Positions 9,419 to 17,609 of a stretch of 64,000 nucleotides of DNA are shown one piece after another. This DNA comes from Myxococcota bacterium (GTDB taxonomy: Bacteria; Myxococcota_A; UBA9160; UBA6930). The DNA lies in the NCBI GenBank assembly GCA_965223415.1, contig OZ245002.1:3072001-3136000 (forward strand), in the 5' to 3' direction. The notes beneath the pieces are model-generated. The model did not search any database. It saw nothing but the letters and a program-made list of their open reading frames with translations, and was not told where the DNA came from. Both the position numbers and the translations under genes were made by a program. How positions within the stretch are numbered: the first letter of the stretch is position 1; the number at the start of each line of letters is the position of its first letter.

Positions 9419-10528
9419 ATGGTGCAGGGGAGCTGCGATCCGCGTTTCGAGGCCGTGGGCGACGCGTTCGCCCAGGGCTTCGCCGAAGGCGACCTCGGGG
9501 CAAGCTGTGCCGTGACCCTGGACGGGGAGCTGGTGGTCGACCTGTGGGGCGGCCACCGGGATCTGGCGCGCCGGCTTCCCTGGGAGCGGGACACGATCGT
9601 CAACGTCTGGTCGACGGCGAAGATGGTGACGGCGCTGTGCGTGCTGATGCTGCACGAGCGCGGCGCCCTCTCGGTCGACGCGCCCATGGCGGAGTACTGG
9701 CCGGCCTTCGCGGCGAACGGCAAGCAAGGCGTCCTCGTGCGCCACGTCCTGGGCCACACCGCCGGGCTCCCGGTCTTCGACGAGCCGCCGGACGATCTCG
9801 AGGTGTTCGACTGGGAGGCCTGCTGCGCGAAGCTGGCCGCCCAGGCGCCTCGATGGACGCCGAGAGAGGGCTCCGGCTACCACTCCGAGACCCAGGGCTG
9901 GCTGCTCGGCGAGCTCGTGCGGCGCGTCGACGGTCGCACCCTCGGCACCTTCTTCCGGGAAGAGATGGCGGACCCGCTCGCCCTCGACCTGCACATAGGC
10001 CTCGACGATCGCCACTTCCCGCGCGTGGCGGATGTGGCGACGCTACACGCGGTTCCGAACGCGCCGCCGGACCCGGAACTCCACGCCCTGGAGCAGCCGG
10101 CGGGGGTCCGGAGTGCGGCGCTGGTGAACACGGCTGCCTGGCGCCGGGCCGAGCTTCCCGCGTCGAACGGTCACGGCAACGCCCGCTCCATCGCACCGGC
10201 CATGGCGCCCCTCGCGAACGGCGGCCGGCTCGGTGATCGCGTGCTGCTCTCCCCCGCCACGATCGGGCGCGCCCTCGAGGTGCAGGCCGACGGCGTCGAC
10301 CGCGTCACAGGCCGGCACTTCAAGCTCGGCATGGGCTACGGCCTCCACTGCCCGCAGACACCCCTGGGCGCCACCGACCGGACGCTCTGGTGGGCGGGAT
10401 GGGGCGGCTCGATGTGCGTGGTCGACACCGAGCGCCGCCTCACTGTCTCCTATGCGATGAACCGCATGCTCGGCGAGGGCGACCTGCGAGCCCCCAGAGT
10501 GATCTTCGCAGCCCACGCCGCGCACTAG
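9419..10528 (+). CDS. Serine hydrolase / esterase, beta-lactamase family
   Basis: WSTAK (SxxK), VDLWGG, GYHS, WAGWGGS. Confidence 0.9.
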   Translation: MVQGSCDPRFEAVGDAFAQGFAEGDLGASCAVTLDGELVVDLWGGHRDLARRLPWERDTIVNVWSTAKMVTALCVLMLHERGALSVDAPMAEYWPAFAANGKQGVLVRHVLGHTAGLPVFDEPPDDLEVFDWEACCAKLAAQAPRWTPREGSGYHSETQGWLLGELVRRVDGRTLGTFFREEMADPLALDLHIGLDDRHFPRVADVATLHAVPNAPPDPELHALEQPAGVRSAALVNTAAWRRAELPASNGHGNARSIAPAMAPLANGGRLGDRVLLSPATIGRALEVQADGVDRVTGRHFKLGMGYGLHCPQTPLGATDRTLWWAGWGGSMCVVDTERRLTVSYAMNRMLGEGDLRAPRVIFAAHAAH

Positions 10529-10530
10529 CT

Positions 10531-10599
10531 GTTGCGTTGGGGGCCGGTTCCGTTAGTTGCGTTGACAACGCAACTAACGGAACCGGCCCCCAACGCAAC
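10531..10599. repeat. Perfect 34-bp inverted repeat with 1-nt spacer, between convergent genes
   Basis: GTTGCGTTGGGGGCCGGTTCCGTTAGTTGCGTTG-A-exact reverse complement. Confidence 0.95.
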
Positions 10600-10602
10600 G
10601 GA

Positions 10603-11358
10603 TTAGTCCTCGGGGCGCAGGGGGCGTGTCGCCAGCTCGGCGCCTCCGGTCACCGGAAGGGTGTGGCCGGTGATGTAGGCCGCGCGGTCGCAGGCGAGGA
10701 AGGCCACCGCCTCGGCGATGTCGGAGGGCCGGCCCATGCGTCCGAGCAGGAAGCGCAGGCCCGCCTGCTCGATCTGCTCGTCGGAGAGCTTGCCGAGGAT
10801 CTGGGTGGCGATCGGTCCCGGGGCGACACCGTTCACCCGGATGCCGTGGGGCGCGAGCTCGACCGCCAGGTCGCGGGTGAAGGCGACGATGCCGCCCTTG
10901 GACGCCGCGTAGGCCACATGGGGCACGGTGAAGCGGAACGCCGCCATCGAGGCGAGGTTCACGATCGCTCCGGACGACGCCTCCTTCAGCCGGGGCAGGG
11001 CGCGCCGGGTGCAGAGGAACATCGAGCGCAGGTTTGTCGTCTGCGTGCGGTCCCACTCCTCGAGCGAGGTCTCCTCGAAGCTCTTGATGATCGTGATGCC
11101 CGCGTTGTTCACCAGCACGTCGATGCCACCGAGCGCCTCGGCGGCGCCGTCGATCATCCGGGCGACGTCGTCCTCGGAGCCGACGTCGCCGGCGAAGGCG
11201 CCGCCGCGGGTCGCCGCGGCGGCCTGTTCGGCGGACGACTCGTCGAGGTCGAGACAGGCCACGGCCGCCCCGTCGGCTGCGAACCGCTCCGCGATCGCGC
11301 GCCCGATGCCCGCCCCCGCGCCGGTGACGACGACACGACGTCCCTCGTAGTCCTTCAT
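10603..11358 (-). CDS. SDR family oxidoreductase
   Basis: TGAGAGIG, NNAG, YAASK. Confidence 0.93.
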   Translation of the reverse strand: MKDYEGRRVVVTGAGAGIGRAIAERFAADGAAVACLDLDESSAEQAAAATRGGAFAGDVGSEDDVARMIDGAAEALGGIDVLVNNAGITIIKSFEETSLEEWDRTQTTNLRSMFLCTRRALPRLKEASSGAIVNLASMAAFRFTVPHVAYAASKGGIVAFTRDLAVELAPHGIRVNGVAPGPIATQILGKLSDEQIEQAGLRFLLGRMGRPSDIAEAVAFLACDRAAYITGHTLPVTGGAELATRPLRPED

Positions 11359-11433
11359 CGGCGGAAGCTTGCGGCATTTCGGTCACCTTGCCCAGGCTGG
11401 CCGACCCGCGCCATCTGGTGAATCGTCTCCCTC

Positions 11434-12513
11434 ATGCAGTCCATGAACGAGCTCGCCTTCTACACCCTGGCCGGCGCTCCACGCACGCCCCGGGACCTGA
11501 TCGCGGAGGTGCAGCAGGCGGAGGCGCTTGGCATCGGCGCCGCCTTCATCTCCGAGCGCTTCAACATCAAGGAGGCGGCGACCCTCTCCGGCGCCGTCGG
11601 CGCGGTCTCGAACGAGATCGGCATCGCCACCGCGGCCACCAACCACAACACTCGCCACCCGATGGTCACCGCCGCGTTCGCGATGACGATGCACCGCCTG
11701 ACCGGCGGCCGCTTCTCCCTGGGCCTCGGCCGCGGCATCGGGCCGATGTTCGACGCCTACGGCCTCCCCCACATCAAGACCGCCCAGATCGAGGACTTCG
11801 TCGGGCTGATGCGGCGCATCTGGCGCGGGGAGGTGGTGGTCGGTCACGACGGGCCCGCTGGCAAGTACCCGCTGCTCACGATGGGGCCGGACTACGACGA
11901 GCACATCCCGATGGCGTTCACCGCCTTCGGCCCGAACTCCCTGGCCCTCGGCGGTCGCGCCTTCGATGCGGTCGTGCTGCACACCTTCTTCACCGACGAG
12001 ACGACCGCCCGCTGCGTCGCGGCGGTGAAGCGGGCCGCGGAGGAGGCCGGTCGCGACCCGGCAGCGGTGCGCGTGTGGTCGTGCTTCGCCACGATCGGCG
12101 ACCACCTGCCAGAGGATCTCCGCCTCAAGAAGACCGTCGGCCGCATGGCCACCTACCTCCAGGCCTACGGGGACCTGATGGTGCGCACCAACCGGTGGGA
12201 TCCGGCCGTCCTCCAGCGCTTCCGGGAGGATTCGTTCGTGGCGGGCTTCCGCGGCGCCCTCGACGCCTCCGCTACCACCGAGGAGCTCGAGCACGTGGCC
12301 ACCCTCATCCCCGAAGCCTGGCTCGCGCCCGCCGCCAGCGGGAGCCCGGAGCAGTGCGTGGCGAAGATCCAGGGGCAGCTCGAGCTCGGGTGTGACGGCG
12401 TCATCCTCCACGGTGCCAGCCCCCAGGAGCTCGAGCCCGTCGTCGCGGCCTATCGCAAGGCGCGTCCCAGCGGACGCTACGACCACCTGGCGGCGAACCC
12501 GGCGGGCGCATGA
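11434..12513 (+). CDS. LLM-class, probably F420-dependent oxidoreductase (TIGR03857-like)
   Basis: ELAFYTLAG, ISERFNIKEA, ATNHNTRHP, VVLHTF, VILHGASP. Confidence 0.8.
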   Translation: MQSMNELAFYTLAGAPRTPRDLIAEVQQAEALGIGAAFISERFNIKEAATLSGAVGAVSNEIGIATAATNHNTRHPMVTAAFAMTMHRLTGGRFSLGLGRGIGPMFDAYGLPHIKTAQIEDFVGLMRRIWRGEVVVGHDGPAGKYPLLTMGPDYDEHIPMAFTAFGPNSLALGGRAFDAVVLHTFFTDETTARCVAAVKRAAEEAGRDPAAVRVWSCFATIGDHLPEDLRLKKTVGRMATYLQAYGDLMVRTNRWDPAVLQRFREDSFVAGFRGALDASATTEELEHVATLIPEAWLAPAASGSPEQCVAKIQGQLELGCDGVILHGASPQELEPVVAAYRKARPSGRYDHLAANPAGA

Positions 12514-13574
12514 CGGCGAGCGAGATTCCCGGCCCCGAGGACGTCACGCCCGCCTTCCTCAGCCGCTGCCTCGGCGCGGAGGTGAAGGGTTTCCGGAGCG
12601 AGCGCATCGGCACCGGCCAGATCGGCCAGTGCATCCGCTACGACCTGGAGCTGGCCGACGCGGGTGCCGCGGCGCCGCGCACCGTCGTCGGGAAGTTCCC
12701 TTCCGACGATCCCCAGAGCCGCCAGACCGGCGTCCAGCTGCGCAACTTCCTGAAGGAGGTCTCCTTCTACCAGCAGCTCCAGGGGCGGCTCTCGGTGCAC
12801 ACGCCGCACTGCTACTTCGCCGCCATCGAAGGCGAAGGGCCGAGCTTCGCCCTCCTGCTCGAGGACCTGGCGCCCCGCCGCCAGGGCGACCAGCTCGCCG
12901 GCTGCTCACCGGCGGTCGCCCGCGCCGCCGTCCACGAGCTGGTCGGCCTGCACGCGCCCTCCTGGTGCGACGAGAGCCTCCGCGGGCTCGACTGGCTCGG
13001 CGCTCCGAACGACCTGACGGTGCAGATCGGCCGCGCGCTCTACGCCGGCCAGCTGCCCGCCTTCCTGGATCGCTTCCGGGAGCGCCTCGAGCCGGACGAG
13101 GCGGCGATCATCGAGCGCGCCGCCGATTCCCAGGGCCCGCCCTTCGAGCTCCTCGCCGACGTCTTCAGCCTCGTCCACGTCGACTATCGCCTCGACAACC
13201 TGATGATCGACGAGGCAGCGGAGCCCCCCGAGGTCGCGGTGGTGGACTGGCAGAGCCTCACCCTCGGCAACCCCCTCTCGGACGTCGCCTATTTCCTGGG
13301 CGCGGGCCTGCTGCCGGACGTCCGCCGTGAGGTGGAGCGCGAGATCGTGGAGGGCTACCACCGGGCGCTCCAAGAGGCCGGCGTGGGCGGCTACGACTGG
13401 GACCGCTGCTGGAGCGACTATCGTCGCGGGGTGTTCGCGGGCTTCGCGGTCACCGTGGTGGCGGCACCGATGGTCCAGCGGACCGAGCGGGGGGATGAGA
13501 TGTTCACGGCGATGGCTCGGCGGCATGCACGGCATGCACTGGATCTCGGGAGTGAGGAGTTCCTCGCGGGGTAG
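12510..13574 (+). CDS. Phosphotransferase (APH/EcKinase-like)
   Basis: IGTGQ, LLLEDL, HVDYRLDN, VVDWQ, DVAYF; ATGA overlap. Confidence 0.88.
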   Translation: MTASEIPGPEDVTPAFLSRCLGAEVKGFRSERIGTGQIGQCIRYDLELADAGAAAPRTVVGKFPSDDPQSRQTGVQLRNFLKEVSFYQQLQGRLSVHTPHCYFAAIEGEGPSFALLLEDLAPRRQGDQLAGCSPAVARAAVHELVGLHAPSWCDESLRGLDWLGAPNDLTVQIGRALYAGQLPAFLDRFRERLEPDEAAIIERAADSQGPPFELLADVFSLVHVDYRLDNLMIDEAAEPPEVAVVDWQSLTLGNPLSDVAYFLGAGLLPDVRREVEREIVEGYHRALQEAGVGGYDWDRCWSDYRRGVFAGFAVTVVAAPMVQRTERGDEMFTAMARRHARHALDLGSEEFLAG

Positions 13575-13614
13575 GTCACCGGCGCCTTCGCGGGACACGA
13601 CGGATGGTATCGGG

Positions 13615-16600
13615 CTACCCCCGCAACCGGCGCCGCACCGCGCCTAGCACCGCCAGGACCGGCAGCAGCTCGGCCCCGAGCCCGCAGGCGCTCGTGAAGC
13701 GCTTCTCCTGGTTCCCCGCCGGATCGTTCCCGCACTGGGGATCCGGCGAGCCGCTGCCTCCGCCGTCCCAGTCGATGAGGCCGTCGCCGTCGTCGTCGAC
13801 GCCGTTCGAGCACTGGGGCGGGACCACCGTCCAGACGAAGCTCGTGGCGGCGACGGCCGGACCGTCGGACACGCCGACGATGACGGTGTAGACGCCGTCG
13901 GCGCCCAGGTCGGGCGGGCCCTCGATGCGGCTGGTGGCTTCGTTCCAGCTGGTGCCGGGCGGCAGGCCCGAGGCTTCGACATGGAGCAGGTCGCCGTCCG
14001 GGTCCGCGGTCGCAACGGGGATGAACAGGGGCTGGGCGGCAGCGCTCAGCTGCGGTGCGATCGGCGCGATCGCCGGAGGCGCGTTCACGATCGGCACCGG
14101 CGGCTGGAGGTAGAGGCGGCCCGGGGGAATCTGGGATTTCGTGACGCCCGGGCCCTCCCAGGACACGTCCAGCACCTGCTGGCCGCCGCGCTCGAAGAAG
14201 GTCACCTCGATGGCGTGGGGTCCCGCGGTCAGGCCCAGGACCGTGCCCGAGGCCTCCTGGGTCGCGTGCAGGCCGTCGTTGTCGACGACGAGGACATCGT
14301 CGATCAGGAGCTGGCTGCCGTCGTCGGAGCTCGTGTAGAAGGTCCAGTCGCCGGCCGTCGGTACGTCGACCCAGGCGGTGAAGCGGAAGGCGAAATCGTC
14401 GTCGCGCAGCCGGGGAGAGATGTCGAAGGTGTCGACGCTGCCGATCGTGATCGGGGTCTCGGCGTCGAAGTCGGGCAGGACGCTCAGGCCCGTGATCTCG
14501 AAGTACTCGTAGTCGACGCCGATGCGCGGGAAGGCCGGGTCGATGCGGAGGATCCAGTCGTACAGCCGATCGAGGCCGGGCTGGTGCACGAGGCCCTTCA
14601 GGAGCGGCGGCATGGCGATCGGGCCCAGGGCGGCGGCGCGCTGCAACGCGATCGAGGTCATGGGATTGCCGGGCGTCACCACGTGGGCATCGGGCACGCC
14701 GAGGTCGTCCATCACCGGGCCCCACACGAGGCCCTGGCTCTCGACCGGGGTGGTGTAGCGCGCGTCGAACACGGCGCGGTTGGTGGTGCCCGGCTGGTGA
14801 CACGCGGCGCAGTTGGCGTCGAGCCAGGAGCGCGCCCGATTCTCGAGGGACGCGGTGACGTCTTCGAGGACCGGCGCGGCCGGGTAGGTGGGAATCTGTG
14901 CCTCCATCAGGGATGGCGTGAAGAGGCCGAGGTGGTTCCAGGTGCGGAGCTGGTTGTCGCTGCGACCGGTGGCCGGGTACGTGAGGGATCGGTTCAGTCC
15001 GTGGGTGCGGGGGCCCAGCGGGCGTCCCGGTGAGAAGCCGTGGCACGAGCGACAGTCGAGGCGGCTCGGGAAGGTCCAGGTCTGCTGGCGCGTTCCGCCG
15101 CCGATGGTCGCGATGTCGACGATGCGGGTCTCGCGAGCCGTCAGCAGATAGGCATCGGTTCCGTCCTCGAGCCAGCGGTAGGCGAGCCCGTACCACTCGC
15201 TGTCGTTTCCCCGCACGAGCAGGCGCGTCTCGAGCCGGGTCGTCTGGATCGGGTCCGCGTCGTCCACGCCCAGCTCGAAGTGCTTCATCAGCACGGAGCC
15301 GTTCGGGAAATCCCAGTCCCCCGTCTCCGACCACGCGATCTGCTCGCCGGGCTGATCGTGCGTGCCGTCGTTCGGCACCGCCGCCCAACGCTGCTTCAGG
15401 GCGTCGTCGGACCAGAACGGGACCGGCTCGAAGGGGACGAAGAAGGGCGCAGGCTGCAGGCTCCCGAGATCCGCGAAGGCGCCGATCTGGGAGAGCCAGG
15501 GCGGCGCGTCCGCCGGCGGACCGGAGAGGCGCACCAGGGACTGGAGGGGAACCGTGCCCGCGACGCTGCCCAGGAGGATCTCTCCCTGTCCGTCCTGGCC
15601 GAAGGTGCCGAGGGCGCCCGGCGCGAAGGTGGTGAGGAGCTCCTTCGTCGCCGTCATCGACACCGGGTCGAGGGTGATGGCCCAGATGTTCGCGGTGACG
15701 TAGTCGCCGGCGATGTAGCGCCCCTCGAGCTCCGGGAACTGGCTGCCGCGGTAGACGTAGCCTCCGATGATGGCCCGCGCCTCGGCGCGCACGAAGTCGA
15801 TGACCGGGTCCGTCAGGGTGCCGAGCACCACCGGCGGGGCGGAGCGCGGCCCGCTGACGAGACCCTCGCGGAACGGCCATCCGAAGTTGCCGCCCTGGAC
15901 GAGGACATTCACCTCTTCCCGGGTCGAGGCGCCCACCTCGCCGGACCAGAGTCGCCCGGATTCCGGGTCGACGGCGATTCGGTGGGGGTTGCGATGGCCG
16001 ATGGACCAGTACTCCTCGAAGGTCAGTCCGCCGGGAGAAGGCCAGGGGTTCGTGTCCGGGATGCAGTAGTGGCGTCCCGACATCTCGTCCGGATTCCCGG
16101 TGACGGCCTGCATGCGGCGGATGGGCGTGTGGCTGCCCGTAGGACACACCACGGTGTCGTCGGGCTGCACGATTCCATCTACGTCGAGACGCAGGGTGCC
16201 GCCTTCCAGGTTGGTGTCGATCTGCTGGGCCGTGTCGTATCGGAACTGGTCGCCGATCGCGAGGTAGAGGTATCCGTCGTGGCCGAAGACCGGTCCGCCG
16301 CCGCGATGGGAGCCGTTGTAGAGCCGGATGTTCAGCAGGGGTTCTTCGCTGGTCGGGTCGCCCACCAGCACGGCGGCCTGGGCGTCGAAGACCTCGAAGC
16401 GCGACAGACGCAGGTAGGTGCCGAAGAAGCCGCCGGTCGAGCCGCGCGGATAGGCCGGGTCGCAGCTCGCCAGGTCGACCTGTTTCAGGCTGCCGTCCAA
16501 CGGGCAGTGGGAGCTGTAGTAGACGAAGAAGCTGCGCTCGTGGAGGGCGCCGGGGATACCGAAGTCCGGATGGAAGGCCAGGCCGAGGAAGCCGCCGTCC

Positions 16601-16971
16601 CACACCTCGGCGACGCGGTCGGTGAGATCGAGGAAGGGATCCGCCGTCGCGGCCGCCGGGTCGTTCGGGAACGAGACGAGGATGCCCTGCCGCGAGCCCA
16701 CGTAGAGGCGATCCGACGCGGGATTGGTCTCCGCCGGGTTGGCGGCGATGACCAGGGTGTCCACCAGCGGGAGCGAGGGGAAGGCGTCGCCCACGTCCCA
16801 GGTGGAGTTGCCCGGCCCGAGCGGTGTGAGGGAGGGCAGGGCGCCGTTCAGGAAGGCGCCGACCGGGACCGGAGCGTCCAGGCCGTAGGGCTGGGCGCGT
16901 AGCTCGGCAGCGGCTCCCAGGAGCAGGAGCAGGGACGTCCAGGTCAGGAATCGGCGCGGCGGCTTCGGCAT
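13615..16971 (-). CDS. Exported multidomain protein: glucose/sorbosone-dehydrogenase-like propeller, diheme cytochrome c, PA14, Ig-like domain, C-terminal anchor
   Basis: Signal peptide; GFLGLAFHPDF, HRGG, GHRNPHR, NFGWP; CRSCH and CAACH; TSSDDGSQL...DNDGLH (PA14); CSNGVDDDGDGLID; CGLGAEL-hydrophobic-RRR. Confidence 0.85.
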   Translation of the reverse strand: MPKPPRRFLTWTSLLLLLGAAAELRAQPYGLDAPVPVGAFLNGALPSLTPLGPGNSTWDVGDAFPSLPLVDTLVIAANPAETNPASDRLYVGSRQGILVSFPNDPAAATADPFLDLTDRVAEVWDGGFLGLAFHPDFGIPGALHERSFFVYYSSHCPLDGSLKQVDLASCDPAYPRGSTGGFFGTYLRLSRFEVFDAQAAVLVGDPTSEEPLLNIRLYNGSHRGGGPVFGHDGYLYLAIGDQFRYDTAQQIDTNLEGGTLRLDVDGIVQPDDTVVCPTGSHTPIRRMQAVTGNPDEMSGRHYCIPDTNPWPSPGGLTFEEYWSIGHRNPHRIAVDPESGRLWSGEVGASTREEVNVLVQGGNFGWPFREGLVSGPRSAPPVVLGTLTDPVIDFVRAEARAIIGGYVYRGSQFPELEGRYIAGDYVTANIWAITLDPVSMTATKELLTTFAPGALGTFGQDGQGEILLGSVAGTVPLQSLVRLSGPPADAPPWLSQIGAFADLGSLQPAPFFVPFEPVPFWSDDALKQRWAAVPNDGTHDQPGEQIAWSETGDWDFPNGSVLMKHFELGVDDADPIQTTRLETRLLVRGNDSEWYGLAYRWLEDGTDAYLLTARETRIVDIATIGGGTRQQTWTFPSRLDCRSCHGFSPGRPLGPRTHGLNRSLTYPATGRSDNQLRTWNHLGLFTPSLMEAQIPTYPAAPVLEDVTASLENRARSWLDANCAACHQPGTTNRAVFDARYTTPVESQGLVWGPVMDDLGVPDAHVVTPGNPMTSIALQRAAALGPIAMPPLLKGLVHQPGLDRLYDWILRIDPAFPRIGVDYEYFEITGLSVLPDFDAETPITIGSVDTFDISPRLRDDDFAFRFTAWVDVPTAGDWTFYTSSDDGSQLLIDDVLVVDNDGLHATQEASGTVLGLTAGPHAIEVTFFERGGQQVLDVSWEGPGVTKSQIPPGRLYLQPPVPIVNAPPAIAPIAPQLSAAAQPLFIPVATADPDGDLLHVEASGLPPGTSWNEATSRIEGPPDLGADGVYTVIVGVSDGPAVAATSFVWTVVPPQCSNGVDDDGDGLIDWDGGGSGSPDPQCGNDPAGNQEKRFTSACGLGAELLPVLAVLGAVRRRLRG

Positions 16972-17090
16972 GGGACGGGGGCGGGCGGCCCCACCTGGCG
17001 CCCAGCCAGGAAGTGGCACCCAGGCCGTGAGAGGTGGCACATCCCCGCGGGGTTCCATCGGGAGCTTCGAGGCGGCATGATCGTGCAGCC

Positions 17091-17609
17091 ATGACGACGG
17101 ACGAACCCATCCCGAGCCGCGCCTCGGGTCGCACCCCGCGCCGGGTCTGGATGCGGCTCGCGCTGCTGTTCAGCAATCCCACCGGGCTGCGCATCGACCG
17201 CTGGCTCGTCGCCACGACCGGGTTCTCCCTGATCAACCAGTTCTACTCCCGTGCGGGGGGCTTCCGGCCGCGCCCCTGTCTGCTGCTGACGACCCGGCAC
17301 CACAAGAGCGGCCGCGCGCGCAGCGTGGTCCTGCCCTACTGCCGCGACGGGGAGGCCTGGCTCGTGGTGGGCTCCCACGGAGGGCGTCCCACCGACGCGG
17401 TCTGGGCCATGAACCTGCGCGCGCATCCCGACGTGGAGATCCGGGTCGGCCGGCGCCGCATCCCGGCGACCGCGCGCGAAGCGGCCGGCGACGAGCGCGA
17501 ACGGGTGTGGGGGATCGTCAGCGAGGGCGGCGCCTACGTCGGATACCAGAAGGCGGCGCACCCGCGGGTCATTCCCGTGTTCGTGCTGGATGCGCGCGCG
17601 GTGAGCTAG
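17091..17609 (+). CDS. Deazaflavin (F420H2)-dependent nitroreductase family protein (Ddn-like)
   Basis: LLLTTRHHKSGRARSVVL, VVGSHGG, WAMNLRAHP, RVIPVFVL. Confidence 0.85.
   Translation: MTTDEPIPSRASGRTPRRVWMRLALLFSNPTGLRIDRWLVATTGFSLINQFYSRAGGFRPRPCLLLTTRHHKSGRARSVVLPYCRDGEAWLVVGSHGGRPTDAVWAMNLRAHPDVEIRVGRRRIPATAREAAGDERERVWGIVSEGGAYVGYQKAAHPRVIPVFVLDARAVS

Noticed and set aside
9419..10528. Beta-lactam resistance genes (also 4240-5517)
   Set aside because: SxxK serine hydrolases of the esterase-like branch; nothing here supports true beta-lactamase activity.
13418..17236. Very long alternative-frame ORFs (e.g. 13418-17236, 26980-30405, 29348-32341, 40686-42917)
   Set aside because: Arg/Pro/Gly/Ala-rich shadow or antisense frames of recognisable genes, expected in high-GC DNA where stops are scarce.
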